Source: Phallusia mammillata
Taxonomy: Eukaryota
Direction: 5' to 3'
Assembly: GCA_965637545.1 (NCBI GenBank)
Contig: OZ281497.1
Coordinates: 28,644,001-28,708,000 of the forward strand
DNA length: 64,000 nucleotides
The notes beneath the pieces are model-generated. The model was not told the origin of the DNA. It saw only the letters and a program-made list of their open reading frames with translations, and did not search any database. The first letter of the stretch is position 1; each line of letters begins with the position of its first letter. A program made the translations under genes and the position numbers. This document shows positions 25,335 to 38,823 of this stretch, piece by piece.

Positions 25335-25405
25335 TTGTAGAGCTCTTCTGGCAAATGTAATTTTATTCCGACGTTTCGACGTCCTATACAGGTCGTCTTC
25401 ATCAG
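25335..25405 (-). mobile_element. PLE terminal fragment carrying minimal hammerhead motif
   Basis: Reverse complement: CTGATGA AGACGACCTGTATAGGACGTC GAAACGTC GGAATAAAATTACATTTGCCAGAAGAGCT; same end as the PLE at 32679-33720. Confidence 0.75.
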
Positions 25406-25668
25406 CACAACTCATACAAAGATTAAAATGATTAGATTTCTTGTTTTAGTAATTTAATTAGAATTATCTACTTTTTGTTCGAGATTATCTATTATGCTAA
25501 CAGACTATTACCATTAACCTATAATTTTAACGTGACTGAAGCATTTGTTGCAATGCCATTGAAATACTGATTGCCGTAAGCACAGAACGTTGTAAACTAC
25601 TGGTGTATAACTTACATATGCTATGATAATACAATGAAGAGCAGTTTTAGATTTTTATGGACAAACAC

Positions 25669-26600
25669 ATAAAGTTGCTCATTTTATTGCTCCTTTCGTG
25701 TTTATCTGTTTCTTCTCAAAACCGAACTTGGCATAACTTCAATGGATTTCAATATTTAATCGAAATGACTCCAGTCAGTTCATATGCTGAGGATGAGATG
25801 GCATGTTCTGCGTTGTAGGCTAATCTAGCTAACATTAAAACTACAGCGATTAACAACTTTTACAGAAATATTCGTTATCAATCAGGTATTTTTTTGTCTT
25901 CTCAGGACGGTAGTAATAAGTTTCAAGATATTTTGACTTTGTTTGTATTTTTAAATAATGGATATCAACATAATTTCTATGATCTGTAAATTGACGCGAA
26001 TTCTGAAAAATAGATGGCATAAAGTAAGGCGGAATGTTTTTTGTTTATCTTTAGAAACCTTATATTGGGTATATATTGGTGCCAAGAGAGTTGGAAACAC
26101 AAACAAGTTTCAGTGGAATGATGGAAGCAATGTTTCAATTTCAAAGAACATTTGGATGAGTGGACAACCAAATAACTTTCGGGGACAACAAAATTTTGTT
26201 GTAATAAGTTATGTATGCACTGAGCTGAACACGCGTTCTGAAGGGATGGATGTGAGTTGTGCATTAAATAGTTCGGGGTATATTTGCCAGAGGATTAATC
26301 CAGGTGAGTTGCCGCAAATTTATGTGAACTATATTTGGAAGTCTGGATTCGGCGTATGGTGCACGTCCTTAGAAAAACATGGCACCGCATTTTGCACTCA
26401 TTAAATGATACGCGTATCACGCCGACATCTATAACAATTTGGTCCGCAAAGTCTTCAACTACTGCAACCGCGTTACTAATGACCGAAGAAACCACTAAAA
26501 ACATATCACCAATTACCGAAGCAATCATAAACACAACATTCTAAATTATTGAATCTAACGGCACGACGGTAACATCAATTGATTACACAAGACAAAAGAA
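25669..26600 (+). pseudogene. U8a: inactivated CTLD copy (paralog of U13)
   Basis: ATG replaced by ATA (25669), in-frame TAG at 25816-25818, exon 2 26055-26303 lost a conserved Cys (NC to NF) and Trp (WMD to GMD), stalk has a stop. Confidence 0.8.
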
Positions 26601-27144
26601 GAAGCTTTTTGTTTCAGATAGTACTCAAAAATCGTGGGTTTATTAGTTGCTAAGGGACGCCGAAAGCAGCAGCCGTGTGCGATCTATTAGTGAGGTCAAT
26701 ATTGTGTTGTGTCCACACTTTCAGTCCTATCTACATGTATACATCTGCAATTCACTTTGTTCTCTTGTTGATTTTACTGCTTTTATTAGTTGTATTTGCT
26801 ACTTAAGTTTTACATTTCATTTGAGACATTAGAATTGTCCAAGCGTTATGTGTTTTTTTACAAGTACATGTTCGCTTGTCTGTTTCATGAGATTTTTTAT
26901 TGACTTCTAGCAATTAGGAAAAAAGAATAACGCCAAAACAGACGGAAAAAGCTACATGTTTATTTTTCAAAAGTTTCGGCAAATTCTCTGCCATATTAAC
27001 AACCATATCAACACTATTTTCCGCTAACACTGCATCCTAAAGTTTGCCAACTTTGAAACAAGTGCACGGTTCAGGGTTTTGTACGTATGTAAATGAACAC
27101 GGCTAAACAATTTGAAAAAAAATGTTTATTTTTATATTTTGTAG

Positions 27145-29447
27145 CTTCACCGAAACTCAACACACTCATCGTCGCTTCGGAAATAAGCGGATGCGTCATG
27201 TTAGTCATAATCTGCATCGTCATTGTCTTTGTTACGTCACACAAGAAAAGAAGGTAACTGTTTCTGGATTTAAACGCACTTCAAGATCCATTAACCAACA
27301 TCGTTCCAGCCACGTCGGACGGAACCAGCCAACCACACTCAGCAACCAGCAATTTAACCCCATCAAGTACAGCACAAGGCAAGAACATTTCTCAATTTAA
27401 GTTCTACGACCACCTACATCATTTTTGTAAAAAATGGCACAACACACTAAACGTGCATATTTTTTTCTTTTATTGTTTGAGTTTAATTTTCCAAAGTTAA
27501 AAACCTGAGAAGTAATGTAGACAATAATCGTTGTGATAAACTTATTTAGGTTCAACAGTCGGAGCAAAAGTCAACATCAATATCGTCTTCATGGCCTCAG
27601 CTGTATGCGCCAGTGTGGTTGTCATAATCTACATTGTCGTTGCCATTGTGACTTTGCGAAAACGAAATAAAAGGCAAGCAGGTCTTTGTTTACAGCGCAA
27701 ATCGATCCGTGATGCAAGAAAGTAATAAGTGTTTAGCTAAAGTAAAAGTGATTTAGGTTGCGCGCAAAGGACAATCATAGTCCAGCATAAAACTGCAATA
27801 ATCCCAAACACACTTTTTAAAGGTAGGCTCAATTGAATAAAGTGGACGGGGTTATTATATAAACAAGTTAGACGGATTCATCATATCCACACACAGTGTT
27901 TTTTTGAGGTGTTTTGGGGGACCGAAACGGTCCCCAAAATTTCTCCAGCGGTTTCCAAAAATTTGCCAGTAACCTAACAAATAATTCGTTTAAGCAAATA
28001 TGGCTATTTTTGGTATTTAAATGAAACACTTGCGGTCTCTTAAAACTACTTAGCGGTCACCCAAACCAAATCTTAAAAAAACCTGTCCACACATATGTAT
28101 TTATTAACGTGATTGAAAGTTAAGTAATATTTTCTTCTCAGAAATGGGTTGTCAATAAGAAATAAAAATGAAAGTGAATACCTTGACATGAGTAAGTACT
28201 TCTATTATTTATAATCAAGTTTCGTAAAGTTAAGTACTTTTATCTTTTCTAGTCGGAATTATTTGTATTTGTCTGATTTCGATGAAGAATTGTGTTTGTT
28301 TCAAACAGCTGGAAATCGTCGCATCAAAGAAACACATAACAATTCACCATTTTACATCAACAACTCTCTACAACGTTCAGCGTCCAACAAGCGGCTGTTG
28401 ATCTTTACTACGTCAGTCATGAACAAGGTTAAATATTTTTTCCTGTATAAACGTTTAAATGTGCCGCAAAACAGTTCTGTTTTGATTTTGTAGGTTTATT
28501 TTGTTCCCTCCCAAGTCGTGTTTACCAACACTGCGCCAACTCACTCTCTTGTGAGCCGGAGTCACATAACGCTTTATAATACGGTGTAGCTGCAGCGCGT
28601 TTCGGTATCATTCACCATTTGTGCCCTTAACTGTTTTGCGCTTAAAAACGTTTTAACGTTGCGCAGCTATTTTCGGATTGGTGATTGTTTTTAGTGCTGT
28701 TGTGTGGCTATGTTTTCTTTCAACAAGCGAAGTAAACTCAACTCAGTTTGTATCAGTTTGTTCTTTCATGTTAACGTAAAAGCTTTATAATCAGGTTCAA
28801 AAAGTTTATGTAAAAACTCACTTCAAATACAAGTAAAACTGGAGTTAATATAGAAAACCGGAACAATCCACCAATCTGCTTTTTAGACACTTGAATTACA
28901 TACACAAGTGAAACAGCTTTTCTCGCATTCGAATCTGTTTTGAGAAACATCAAAACTACAAATAAAAAACGTTTTTCTTTTAAACAGCTGAAAATTGTCG
29001 GTTTATTAAATCACACAATGATCCATAAATGTACGTTAACAACTGATTTGTTTGTGTGAAGCCTGTACAGTTACCTACCTTCGTCAGACCAAAACAATTT
29101 AATATAAAAATTGTTTGTGTTAAACAGGGGACAAAATCGGACAACAAGAAACATGGAACATTCCTCAAATCGAAGAAAGCAGTTTCGCCAACCATTTAAC
29201 ACAATCGTTTTCACGCCTTCAATATGGTGACGTCAACCATTTCCGCGAAATCTTGGAACCACATCACACAAACCAGATTGTTGACAAAGTGGGACAATCA
29301 GCAGCGGGAAGCAACGATGTCTATGCTCAGGTCAGAAAGTTGAAACAATCAACAAAGGTTCACAACAATGAACAACAATCACATGTTCGAAAATACGATC
29401 ACAATAATTTGAATAAAGTCAGTTACGACACTTTGCAACTATCTTAA
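27145..29447 (+). pseudogene. U8b: mosaic of orphan TM and tail exons
   Basis: TM 27145-27253, stalk end ~27290-27378 (GC donor), second TM 27550-27673 (GC donor), 28142-28191 (EYLDM), frameshifted 28309-28427, degenerate 28988-29045, class A exon 29128-29447 with premature TAA. Confidence 0.7.
27894..28085. mobile_element. hAT-type MITE, 192 bp, perfect 8-bp TSD
   Basis: TCCACACA at 27886-27893 and 28086-28093; termini CAGTGTTTTTTT / AAAAAAACCTG; internal hairpin ggggaccg-aaa-cggtcccc. Confidence 0.85.
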
Positions 29448-30989
29448 TATGTGGAAATCCACGATCAAATTGCAAGCGGCAGCAATCCAACTAACATATA
29501 TAATATTACACAGAGGGCTAATAACTAATCAGGAATATAATATTAATTTAATATGGCAAAATATTATTTTAATATAACAAGTAAATTGGCACGCGTCGTT
29601 GGTTAAGTAAAAGTCATTGAGTAAAAGTTATTAATCGTGAATTGGCTGTGATATTTTGTGTTTATTGGCACATCACTATTAAAGTTAGACTGACTATCCA
29701 TGAATACTGTCAAAATAAAAAAGCTTAAACTAATGTTGTATCTTAAGCTATGTAGATAATATTTGCATTTTTATTCAAATGTTACATCGACGAACTCATC
29801 GAAAACTTTTGTCCTCTACATGAACTAGAGAATACGTTAGTAGTTCAACTCAGATTTAATGCAAACGCAGGCAAGTGTATTGGTTCTTGTCGCAAAAACG
29901 AAATGTGGGTTAACACATATTCACATATTCTGCTAGTCGAGTAGTCATTGATTGATGGCTGTTAAGTGTAGGTGTAATATACCTTGCGTCATATAACGCA
30001 ATATCCTGTATTATTCCAAGGCATTGGAAAAAATCTATTTTTATTACTTCCTCTTAATCCTTTCCAATTTCCTACATAACATCGTTTGTACGAGTTGGTG
30101 TTTGCAGCGGGCTGTTGAATAAATTTATTGTGTTCAATTGTGTGAGCAGTTTTAATGCAGTGGTAGCCATAAATTGTTCCTCTCTCAGTGCAAAGTTTAG
30201 TAAAGTCGTGCGTGTAACAAACGCTGATGATAAAGTGAAATTCAGACATCTGTTAGTTTTACCAGCAGATTATGAGAGACATATTTGGTTTATATAACTT
30301 GGTCAACATAATAAACACGCGTCACAAACAAAGTTGAGGTGCATGTTGGATAATTGAAAAACGGATCTTCATTATTTAAGTAAGAGCTTAACACTTTGGT
30401 TCTATCTGCAAGCTTATTGTTTCATGCAAAATAAATAAAGTGCAAAATAACAGCTGTAATTCTTCACTTTTGCCTACTCGAAAATTAAAATATATCCCAC
30501 AAACTTTGGACTCGCATTGTTTTTTTGTTTGTTTTTTTTCACGTGGGTTCGAATTCAGGACACTCCCGGGGACGAATCCCGATCAAGGTTTTTTTTTATG
30601 TCTGAATGTGGGTCAGGCGCGCCACCCGCATTGTGTGCGACCCCGCTGGTTTGTACTGGGAATCTGGCGACCCCCAACGGTCATGGTTTTAGCAACAAGG
30701 AGTCACAAGTGTAAACAATATCATAAATCTATTCTGACATACCATGATAATCTTTAGATTCTATCGACAACCTTCATACTGTTTTGTTCTCTTCGTTGTT
30801 TTCATTTTTACAAAGCCAGCAGCGGTTGTTTTTATTTTTATGTTTATATTTACGCACTACCTAATTGTGTAACTGGTTATATGGCTTTGTAGACAAAGTT
30901 AACAAATGCCAAATTGTTCACTTAAATAAATCATGGATTCGAGAACTTTCTATATTCTACTACACTGCCTAAAGACCCTGCTAAAACAG

Positions 30990-32687
30990 AGATGGGTACA
31001 AACATCACTACAACAACAACAACAACTCTCATCTCAGCAACTACACCAACCACGCCTACAACGAACACCAACAAATCAATCATACCATCCAGCACAGTCG
31101 AGGCAACATCTGCTATCCATGCAATAACACCAAGCAAGTCTACTGCTATAGAAACCCCAAACTCCACACTGTTTCTGAGCATTTTTACCACATCAGTCAG
31201 AACCAGACAAGCATTCTCATCAACCAGCACATCACAAGGTACACGGATATTTAACTTAAACATTCTATTTCTGGTCAAAAAAAAACGACATTAATGTAAC
31301 CCTTTACATTATTTATTGAAATGCAGCGGGTTTTGTTTTGAGAGAATTACAGTTATTATGAAAACTCTTTCTCGTCGGTCAAAAATTTATTTAAACATCT
31401 TTTAGTGACTTGAATTTCTGCAGATTATCGTAGATTATATTCACTTGACATGACTTATGCAAGCTTTTACAGGAAGCAACGCCATCGTCATCATTTCCTC
31501 AACAGCGTGTGGGAGTGTCGCGTTCATAATCAGCATTGTCATTGCTATTGTGACGTTGCGAAAACGTAAAAGGGGGTAAGCGACATGTTTTCCTCCAAAG
31601 AACAATGCTCGACTTCGTTACAACAAAAACAAATGTGCTATGTTGCTTGAAACAAAGTTGTTTACCTAATGTAAAGTAAATATACTTAATATGTCTACAT
31701 GTGTACATTGTCAACGGTACAGAAACTAAATATATTTGATTCACAGGAACATATTGTCGGTGGAGTTTGAAAAAGAAAGTGCATATGTGAACATAAGTAA
31801 GTGGATTAAGTGGACCGAGTGTGGTCACGTGATCAATTTGGCAGCTCATGCTGTGATTGCCAAAAAGACAGATTTTTGCGTAAAAGGAGAGTTTTTATAA
31901 TCGTGGAACAATTACACGCGGGCCAACATGATGAAATGCAAAGTGAGGCTTAAATGCCGATTAGCTATCGGTCACTTTTACATCCTTTAATTACGGTTTT
32001 TGTCAACGGTTTTATCTACGTTTTATGGCCGTTTTGCGCCAGTATCTTCTCAAGCTCACCCCTTTGGTGTTTTAAGATCGACTGTGTTTGGTGACTGACA
32101 TAATGAAGACGCCCTGTATAGGACGTAGCATGATATTCATATATTTTTTGCCGGATGAACAAAGAAAAGTCTAGATACAAGATTTTTTAACAAAAACTGT
32201 TGTTTGCACAAAATATTGGTTTAATTTTAACCCAACTGTTTTTCGCATAGATTCGGATTTAGTTGTACTGTTTCTTTGCTTCAAGTGGTAAAATAAACAA
32301 AGCTTTTGGTAAATGCTTTTATATTTTAAACAGCTGGAAATCGACAGATCCTAGAATCACACACGAACCCACCAATCTACGCCAACAACTCCTTACAACC
32401 TTTAAGATCACAACAAATACCTGATGACATCAGTCCCTATTGCGTCACCCAAGAACAAGGTGCCGTGGAAGTAGTTATTTCTTATGGTGCACATTTAACT
32501 GCAGGTTTAGATTGTAAAATATCACAATTAAACAACCGTTTGGGGATTTGTTTTTATTTCAACAAAAAGAGACATTTTGGACGAAAACTAATGTTAAGCA
32601 GAATTGTGTATGTTTTATTTAGATGGGAATTGCCTGATTGCACAATCACACAAAGGCTCGCCAACCTACGTCAAGAACCAAGTTTAA
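30990..32687 (+). CDS. U9: headless stalk-TM-class B tail cassette, last exon cut by PLE
   Basis: Exons 30990-31238 (Thr-rich), 31473-31575 (TM), 31747-31796 (SAYVNI), 32334-32459 (IYAN, SPY), 32623-32687 (TYVKNQV*). No CTLD exons found between 26303 and 30990. Confidence 0.7.
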
Positions 32688-33720
32688 AGAGCTCTTCTGG
32701 CAAATGTGATTTCATTCCGACGTTTCGACGTCCTATACAGGTGGTCTTCATCAGGGTAAATAACACTGAATGCGACTAGTACAGTGCACGATAAACAAAG
32801 GAAAAAAGAATAGAACGCAAGCACGTAACAAGGCAACGAAACACACCGCGCGATAACAAATGATTGGCCCTCTAATCTTTAAGCAGGTGTCTGTAGCACG
32901 CTGGTAGCATCACGTCTGTTTTGATGTTCATTGTGTTGACCCGTTGGTGAATATTCATGACTCAAGAAATAGTCTTTTCCTGTAGTCAGGCTCCCGGGCC
33001 ACAACACAGCCGTACTGAAATCAATACGGTGGCCTTGTGATACCGCGTGATTGGACAGGGCCGACTTCTTTGCGTCGCTGTTGGCAACATCCCGTTGATG
33101 TTCTTTTCGGCGGGTGTTGAGTGACCTTCCAGTCTACCCGATATATATTAACGGACACTCGGCGCAGGGAATAGAATATACAACACCACGTTGTTCAAGG
33201 GTGTCGATTGGATCTTTTGGGTGACCCAGTAGCTTGCGGAGAGTATTGGCAGGTTGAACGCCAACCGCTACGCCGAAGTCACGCAACATACGCCGTAGAA
33301 TATCCGTCAATTTCGGTATGTACGGTGTCACAAAACCCTCTGTTTTTGGATTAGTCACCTGTTTGGGACACGTTGCCCGTCCATCACGGTGAATCCAGTT
33401 GGGGTAGCCGTTGTATTTCAAGGCTTTGCGAACCTTAGCCAGTTCCGCCTCGCAGTCGTCGCTATGAGTGCACAAGCGTCGTGCCTGATCTTTTAGGGAA
33501 CGAACCACCCCTCTTTTCTGGTATGTGGGGTGATGAGATCGAAAATTGAGATACCTGCCGGTACTCGTTGGCTTGTGGTACACTCTCGAGTACAAGACGC
33601 CGTCATTGGTTCTTGTGACTTGAACGTCTAAAAATGGAAGACAGTTTACCGATTGGAGTTTCATGGTAAACTGAATGCCTGGTTGCGCCTCGTTGAGATG
33701 CTGTAAAAATGCCTCAACCT
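32679..33720 (-). mobile_element. 5'-truncated Penelope-like retroelement (RT C-terminus/thumb + GIY-YIG endonuclease)
   Basis: FLQHLN..IQFTM..LPFLDV..VYHKPTSTGRYLNFRSHHP..NGYP..GVVYSIPCAECPLIYIG then a stop, followed by TGRSLNTRRKEH..SAL..H..HRIDF; hammerhead-like end at 32719-32754. Confidence 0.92.
32719..32754 (-). ncRNA. Minimal hammerhead ribozyme motif in PLE terminal repeat
   Basis: CTGATGA-AGACCACCTGTATAGGACGTC-GAA-ACGT-C: conserved core, stem II hairpin, palindromic ACGT in place of helix III. Confidence 0.6.
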
Positions 33721-33721
33721 A

Positions 33722-34049
33722 CGATGACGTCAACCATTATGATGCAATTCGAGAATCATCTCAGGAAACCGTTGCACAGCCAGCAGCGGAAAGCAGCAAC
33801 GTCTATGCTCAGATCAGAAAGTCGAATCAATCAACAAAGATTTACAACAATGGACAACAATCACATGTTCAAAAATACGATCGCAATCAATTGGATGAAT
33901 ATAGTTACGACACTTTGCAACTATCTCAACATGTGGAAGTCCACGATCAATTTGCAAGCGAAAGCATTCCAACTAATATCTATGATAATAGATACGAGGC
34001 TAATGACGAATCGGATTCACCTTACGATGAATTACAACGTGACAAATAA
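33722..34049 (+). pseudogene. Class A tail fragment right of the PLE (acceptor and first codons lost)
   Basis: DDVNHYDAI..NVYAQI..EYSYDTL..IYDN..SPYDELQRDK*. Confidence 0.8.
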
Positions 34050-35934
34050 ACAAAACAAAATGAGATTTAGCTTACATACGAGATAACGATTATTGTGTAT
34101 ATTTGCAGTTACGACATCGCATGATTGTTGAAAAAATGCGGCTGCACTGATTGCACTGTGTATATGTTTACTTAATTTGGTAGTATTTATGCTCTGCTGT
34201 TTTTTGGCTAAGGTTGCATTGTTGTGGTTAAGATTGCACCATTGTACAGATCCATCTAGGTCTTCTGTGTATTGTTTAAAACAAAAAGTTGCAAGCTAAC
34301 GTAATTAACGTCAAAACTACGGAAATGAGCAGCTTTTATAAAAGACTTTGAATGCCTCCAGATAGATTTTAGGTTACTAGCAACTTGCTGTAGCTTGTAT
34401 GGACATTTCCAAAAAAAGGTAACTTAACCCCCAGAAAATGATTTGCTTAAAACAAAACTTGCAAAATAAAACGATAACCATCTTCAATTCTAAGAGAATG
34501 TTCTTTCGTTTTACTGTATTAGACTAGAATTTATTTGATTTTTGAAGAAACAGCCTACAGCGTCTTTATTGGTACAAGACTAGTCGGAACAGCCGTAAGT
34601 TAAAGTGGAATGAAGGAAGTGAAGTTCTGTCTTAGCAACTATTTGGGGAGAAGGACAACCGAACATTTTTCGTAAAACAAACTGTGTTGTAATATTGTGC
34701 AAAAATATTAACCATTTGTGGTTCGGCACGATGGTTGAACAAATAAAATGCAACTGCATAATATAAAACATCGCCCTAATGCAACCAACATGTTCTTTCT
34801 CTGCGACTAAGTTTTTTTTTCTTTTGTAAACGACAACGGAATTTACAGCGAAAAAACGGCCCATTTGCAAAAAGACATGCTGCTGTCGACGTTACCCTTA
34901 AACTTTGTTTCGGCAATATATGTATTCCATAACATTTTTTTGGGAAGGTTTTTAAACTAGGAAACCAACACACATGTTACATAATTAGGACTGTGTGTGT
35001 CACTGATTACGCTCCAACGTTCAAACTCATGTTGCAAACTGAGTCATTTTGAGAATATTCAAATTCTTTTCAGATCTCAATCCATAAACGTTCGCAATGA
35101 ATGGATTGGTTTGTTTTGTCTTTTTACCAGTATTGATATAAGTTAGCATGATGGATTGAGCGGCAAATTATTTTTTCTTGGATAAAAAAGTCTTAGATAA
35201 AATAGATTGTTAATGTAAACAGAGTATTTTATCTACACTGTTCTGCGCTTTACAATGCTTAAAGATTCAAATTAATACCGTGAACTGAGCGATGTTAAGA
35301 ATATTCAAATTCGATGCAAATAATTTGCGATAACTTTCAAAACCATTGATTCCTATAGATGTTTTTTTCTTTAGTTAACAAATTCTTTAAATGGCGAAAG
35401 AACTAGATTTGCGATTATACTAAATGTCTATTGTAGTTGCAGCGTATTATGCAGGGGCATGTTTAAGTTGAAGAATCGTGATTAACGTAAATATGCGTTA
35501 ATGCTATTTTTGTTGGACCAAACAATGCGACCGGAATCGCTTTAAAACTATACTGGTCTCTTTGAATAACTAACGCGAACATTTAATGAAGCCGGCGAAC
35601 TATGATATTGTTTATTAGTACATATATTTATATTATGTATATACATATTTTCAAGCATATAATTATTACAACTGACACACATGAAACTGCAAAAAAACAC
35701 AAATTTGTATTACAAAGAGTTGAACAGTTCGTATTCGTCGCCAAATTGTTGTGTATTTTTTTTTCAATTTGCATGAAACTTGTGACTTTTGGTGCCCAGC
35801 GACCATCCTATTGTTTTAAACCGTCCGTCACTGTTACTTAAAACTATTATTAGATTATCGTGTATTAAACCTTGTCGCGTTACGCGCTCAGATGCCAGTA
35901 AGTTGAGCTTATCTTGTAGAACTAATATTAGATA

Positions 35935-37760
35935 AACATGCCACTAATTTAAATCATAGCATTTTAAACAATCCTGTCTGGTTGCCAAGATACATCATCA
36001 TGTTTGCTAACAAAATATGATTTAAGATTCATGCAAAGCTTTTTCCATATCCAAAGTATGTATATCAATAAACTTATGTTGTGATTTATGGTCATCGACA
36101 ATTGTTCAGAGATAAAAATAACTTCGAGCATGTTATTTGGCAAACGTCGAGCATGTTATTAAGTAAGTACCGAAAATCGCAGAAGCGGGTTGCACATGTA
36201 AGCTTGGTTTAGGCGTCATGAGCATAGCGTAAAGGTACGTAAACCCTGAACCGAATAGCCCCATACAGCTTGAAACTCTGAAACGTACACGTTATTATTA
36301 GAGATTGGCCGAAAGTTCTTTGCACTATCCTCATATATTGCCTGTCTATTAGGAACCTGTTTACCATGCAACGAATTTAAGCAATGACGCATCTCCGTTA
36401 CCAGTTTTATACTGTGTCACGTCCCATTATCAGACGAACGATGTGCTATTTTTACTAATCAACGTGGGTGTTCGTTTACAACATTTGTTAACCGGTAACA
36501 GCTAAAAAAATTTAAGTGCTGTTTAATATGCCATACCATTATCGGTCATTGCATGAAGCTAGTTGGCAAGGTTTGATGATGTGCAGAAAGATTAATTTGG
36601 CAATCATCGGCGCCAGTAGAATTTGGCAAAGGGGGACAAATTTTGATAATAGTCTACTTACATGGAAGCATTATTTATGCAGGCATAAGGCATAAATTAT
36701 ATACAGGAGAATTGCATTGTCCAAAACCTAAAAGCCACCTTGTCCCTACGTGTCCGCGCTATGTTTGCAAGTCATATTCGGGAAGGATGGTCAAGGTTTA
36801 GCTTCAACTGGTTCTTAAAATGTTTTATTTCAACAACTGAGTTTAGGATACAGGCACTCTACAGATCCTATTTCTCAGATCCAAAGTTATAGCTTATGTA
36901 CTACAAGCATTGTTAGCTTCATGTACAAAACCAACTGCTTAGTTTTTATTTTAGCTCATAGAATGTAACAATATGCTATAATACACAATACAGTGCGGAT
37001 TTGGTTATGCCAAAAATATTTTTTGGAAACTGTCAGCAATTCTGTTCACTCCGATGTAGTAACCCTAATGGCCTAATGCAATAACAGTGTATCAGAACAT
37101 GTACTTCTCTTTGCCGGTAACGTGTAATCTGGTAACGAGTTAGGTAGTCAGGTTGTAAGCCATTAACTGTATAGGTGTAACAGTAGAGCGTGCGTCGCAT
37201 CGTTTACGCAATATCCGCTAATGTTCCAAGTCATTGGAAACTTCAATCTATTCTTATTACTTCCTCGTAGAATTTGCAAAAAAACTTTCCCGATATTAAT
37301 TAATCGAGCGTTTGTTGTTGCACGAAACTGAAGGCTCGAAGGTCTAGGCAATTCATTTCAAACGAATTGTGTCGTGTTGAGGTTGATAGAACACGCGCTT
37401 ATGTAAAACAAACACAAGTTGGTGTGTCTAAAACGGGTTGTCGGAACGAACTCTATGCGATCAACAGATGAGATGATTACAAAACGTACAAATAATTTGA
37501 AACATTAACATTAGTTGCATATGTATAAAATTAAGCAAGATCGTGGGAGTAACAAGCCCCATAGTTGGTGAAATTCTGATAAGCGGCGTTTTTAAGCCGT
37601 AGAACTTAAGCTGTAATGAGTCTATTCCACTTGCAGATATAAAAATCAAAGACCCAATAGCAACATAAACAGCACATATCCCGTAACATAAAATAACTCT
37701 ACTGTATTGAGAAATAAGGGACAAAGGTTTGTTTTGTTTCACAAATAAACTTCTTCAGGA
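35935..37760 (+). repeat. Long upstream block shared with 39330-40400, 54600-56190 and partly 61715-62165
   Basis: Shared strings such as cagacgaacgatgtg..gtgggtgttcgtttacaac, agagcgtgcgtcgcatcgt..cattggaaacttcaatctattcttattacttcctcgt, cgggttgtcggaacga. Confidence 0.7.
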
Positions 37761-37999
37761 AAGTTTAAATTGTGTTTTTACGGGTAGTTTGTAGTAAGCA
37801 TGTAAACATGTTTACATTTACCGGTCAACTTTTTTGGCGCTTTTAATATTCAACGTTATATGTGTTCTTACATGGTTTGCATTAACTGCCGATTCTGTTT
37901 ATTTGGCTGTGTTACATTCTCATTCTTTTCATAACGGCTTTCAAAGTACTCTAACAAAACTGTGTCTTAAATATTTTTACATGATTTTGCAGAACAAAC

Positions 38000-38823
38000 A
38001 TGCCGTTCTTAATGTTTTTGTTTATGTCATGTTTTTCTGTTTATGCTGAAGGACGTACTTGGCATAACTTTAATGGATTTCAATATTCCTTCGTAAAGAC
38101 TCCAGTTACTTCATATGCTGAAGCAGAGAGGAAATGTGCTGCGTTGCAAGCGAATGTAGCTAACGTCAAAACTATAGAAATCTTTGAGTTTTTGAAGTCG
38201 CATATCAATCTGAAAGGTATGTTCAATTCTGTTTTCCACATAGTAGAACGAAAACGGAAATAAATTAGTTTGGATTAATTTTTGTGAGTTAAACAATACT
38301 TCGAACGTTTTTATTTGTCAACGTAATTTACTAATAATGACGTCAAATAGGTTGTATTGACCACAATATGATAATTATTTTACACTTAAGTGGTAAAGAT
38401 TAGCATTTTTTTACATTTTTACTGAAAAAGGGACTTTACCTTTATTTGTATTTGAAGTTATGCATTGCTGTTGTCAGCTAACTATTTATTGTTATGTAAA
38501 GTTATTACATAAGTTATTTTAGCAAATACTAAACTAAGCAGGTCTTGACTCTTTTAGATTACCCTTACTCGTTTTACATCGGTGCAAAAAGAATCGGAAA
38601 CACAAATAAGTTTCGGTGGAATGATGGAAGTGATGTTTCTCTAACTACAACCATGTGGTACAGTGGGCAACCAAATAACAGATACGGAAAGGATGATTGC
38701 GTTACAATGGGTTACGAAAGTTATTCTGTAAACCAAGTACAATATCGATGGCATGACGTACCATGTACAAGACACAGCTCGAGATACATTTGTGAGAAAA
38801 TCATTACAGGTGAGAAAAAGTAA
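38000..38823 (+). CDS. U10: signal peptide + CTLD only
   Basis: Exons 38000-38216 and 38558-38809; read-through gives GEKK* at 38823; no TM exon before U11. Confidence 0.8.

Larger units (their letters stand above)
23390..26600 (+). repeat. Dispersed duplication: 23390-26600 resembles 45215-48660
   Basis: Class A tail, 3' spacer and following CTLD exons (U8 vs U13: TLYWVYIGAKRVGN..QRxNP) align in the same order. Confidence 0.8.

Noticed and set aside
32679-33720. Diversity-generating retroelement (RT next to variable C-type lectin folds)
   Set aside because: The RT is linked to a GIY-YIG endonuclease (Penelope type) and is truncated; no template/variable repeat pair or adenine-specific variation is seen.
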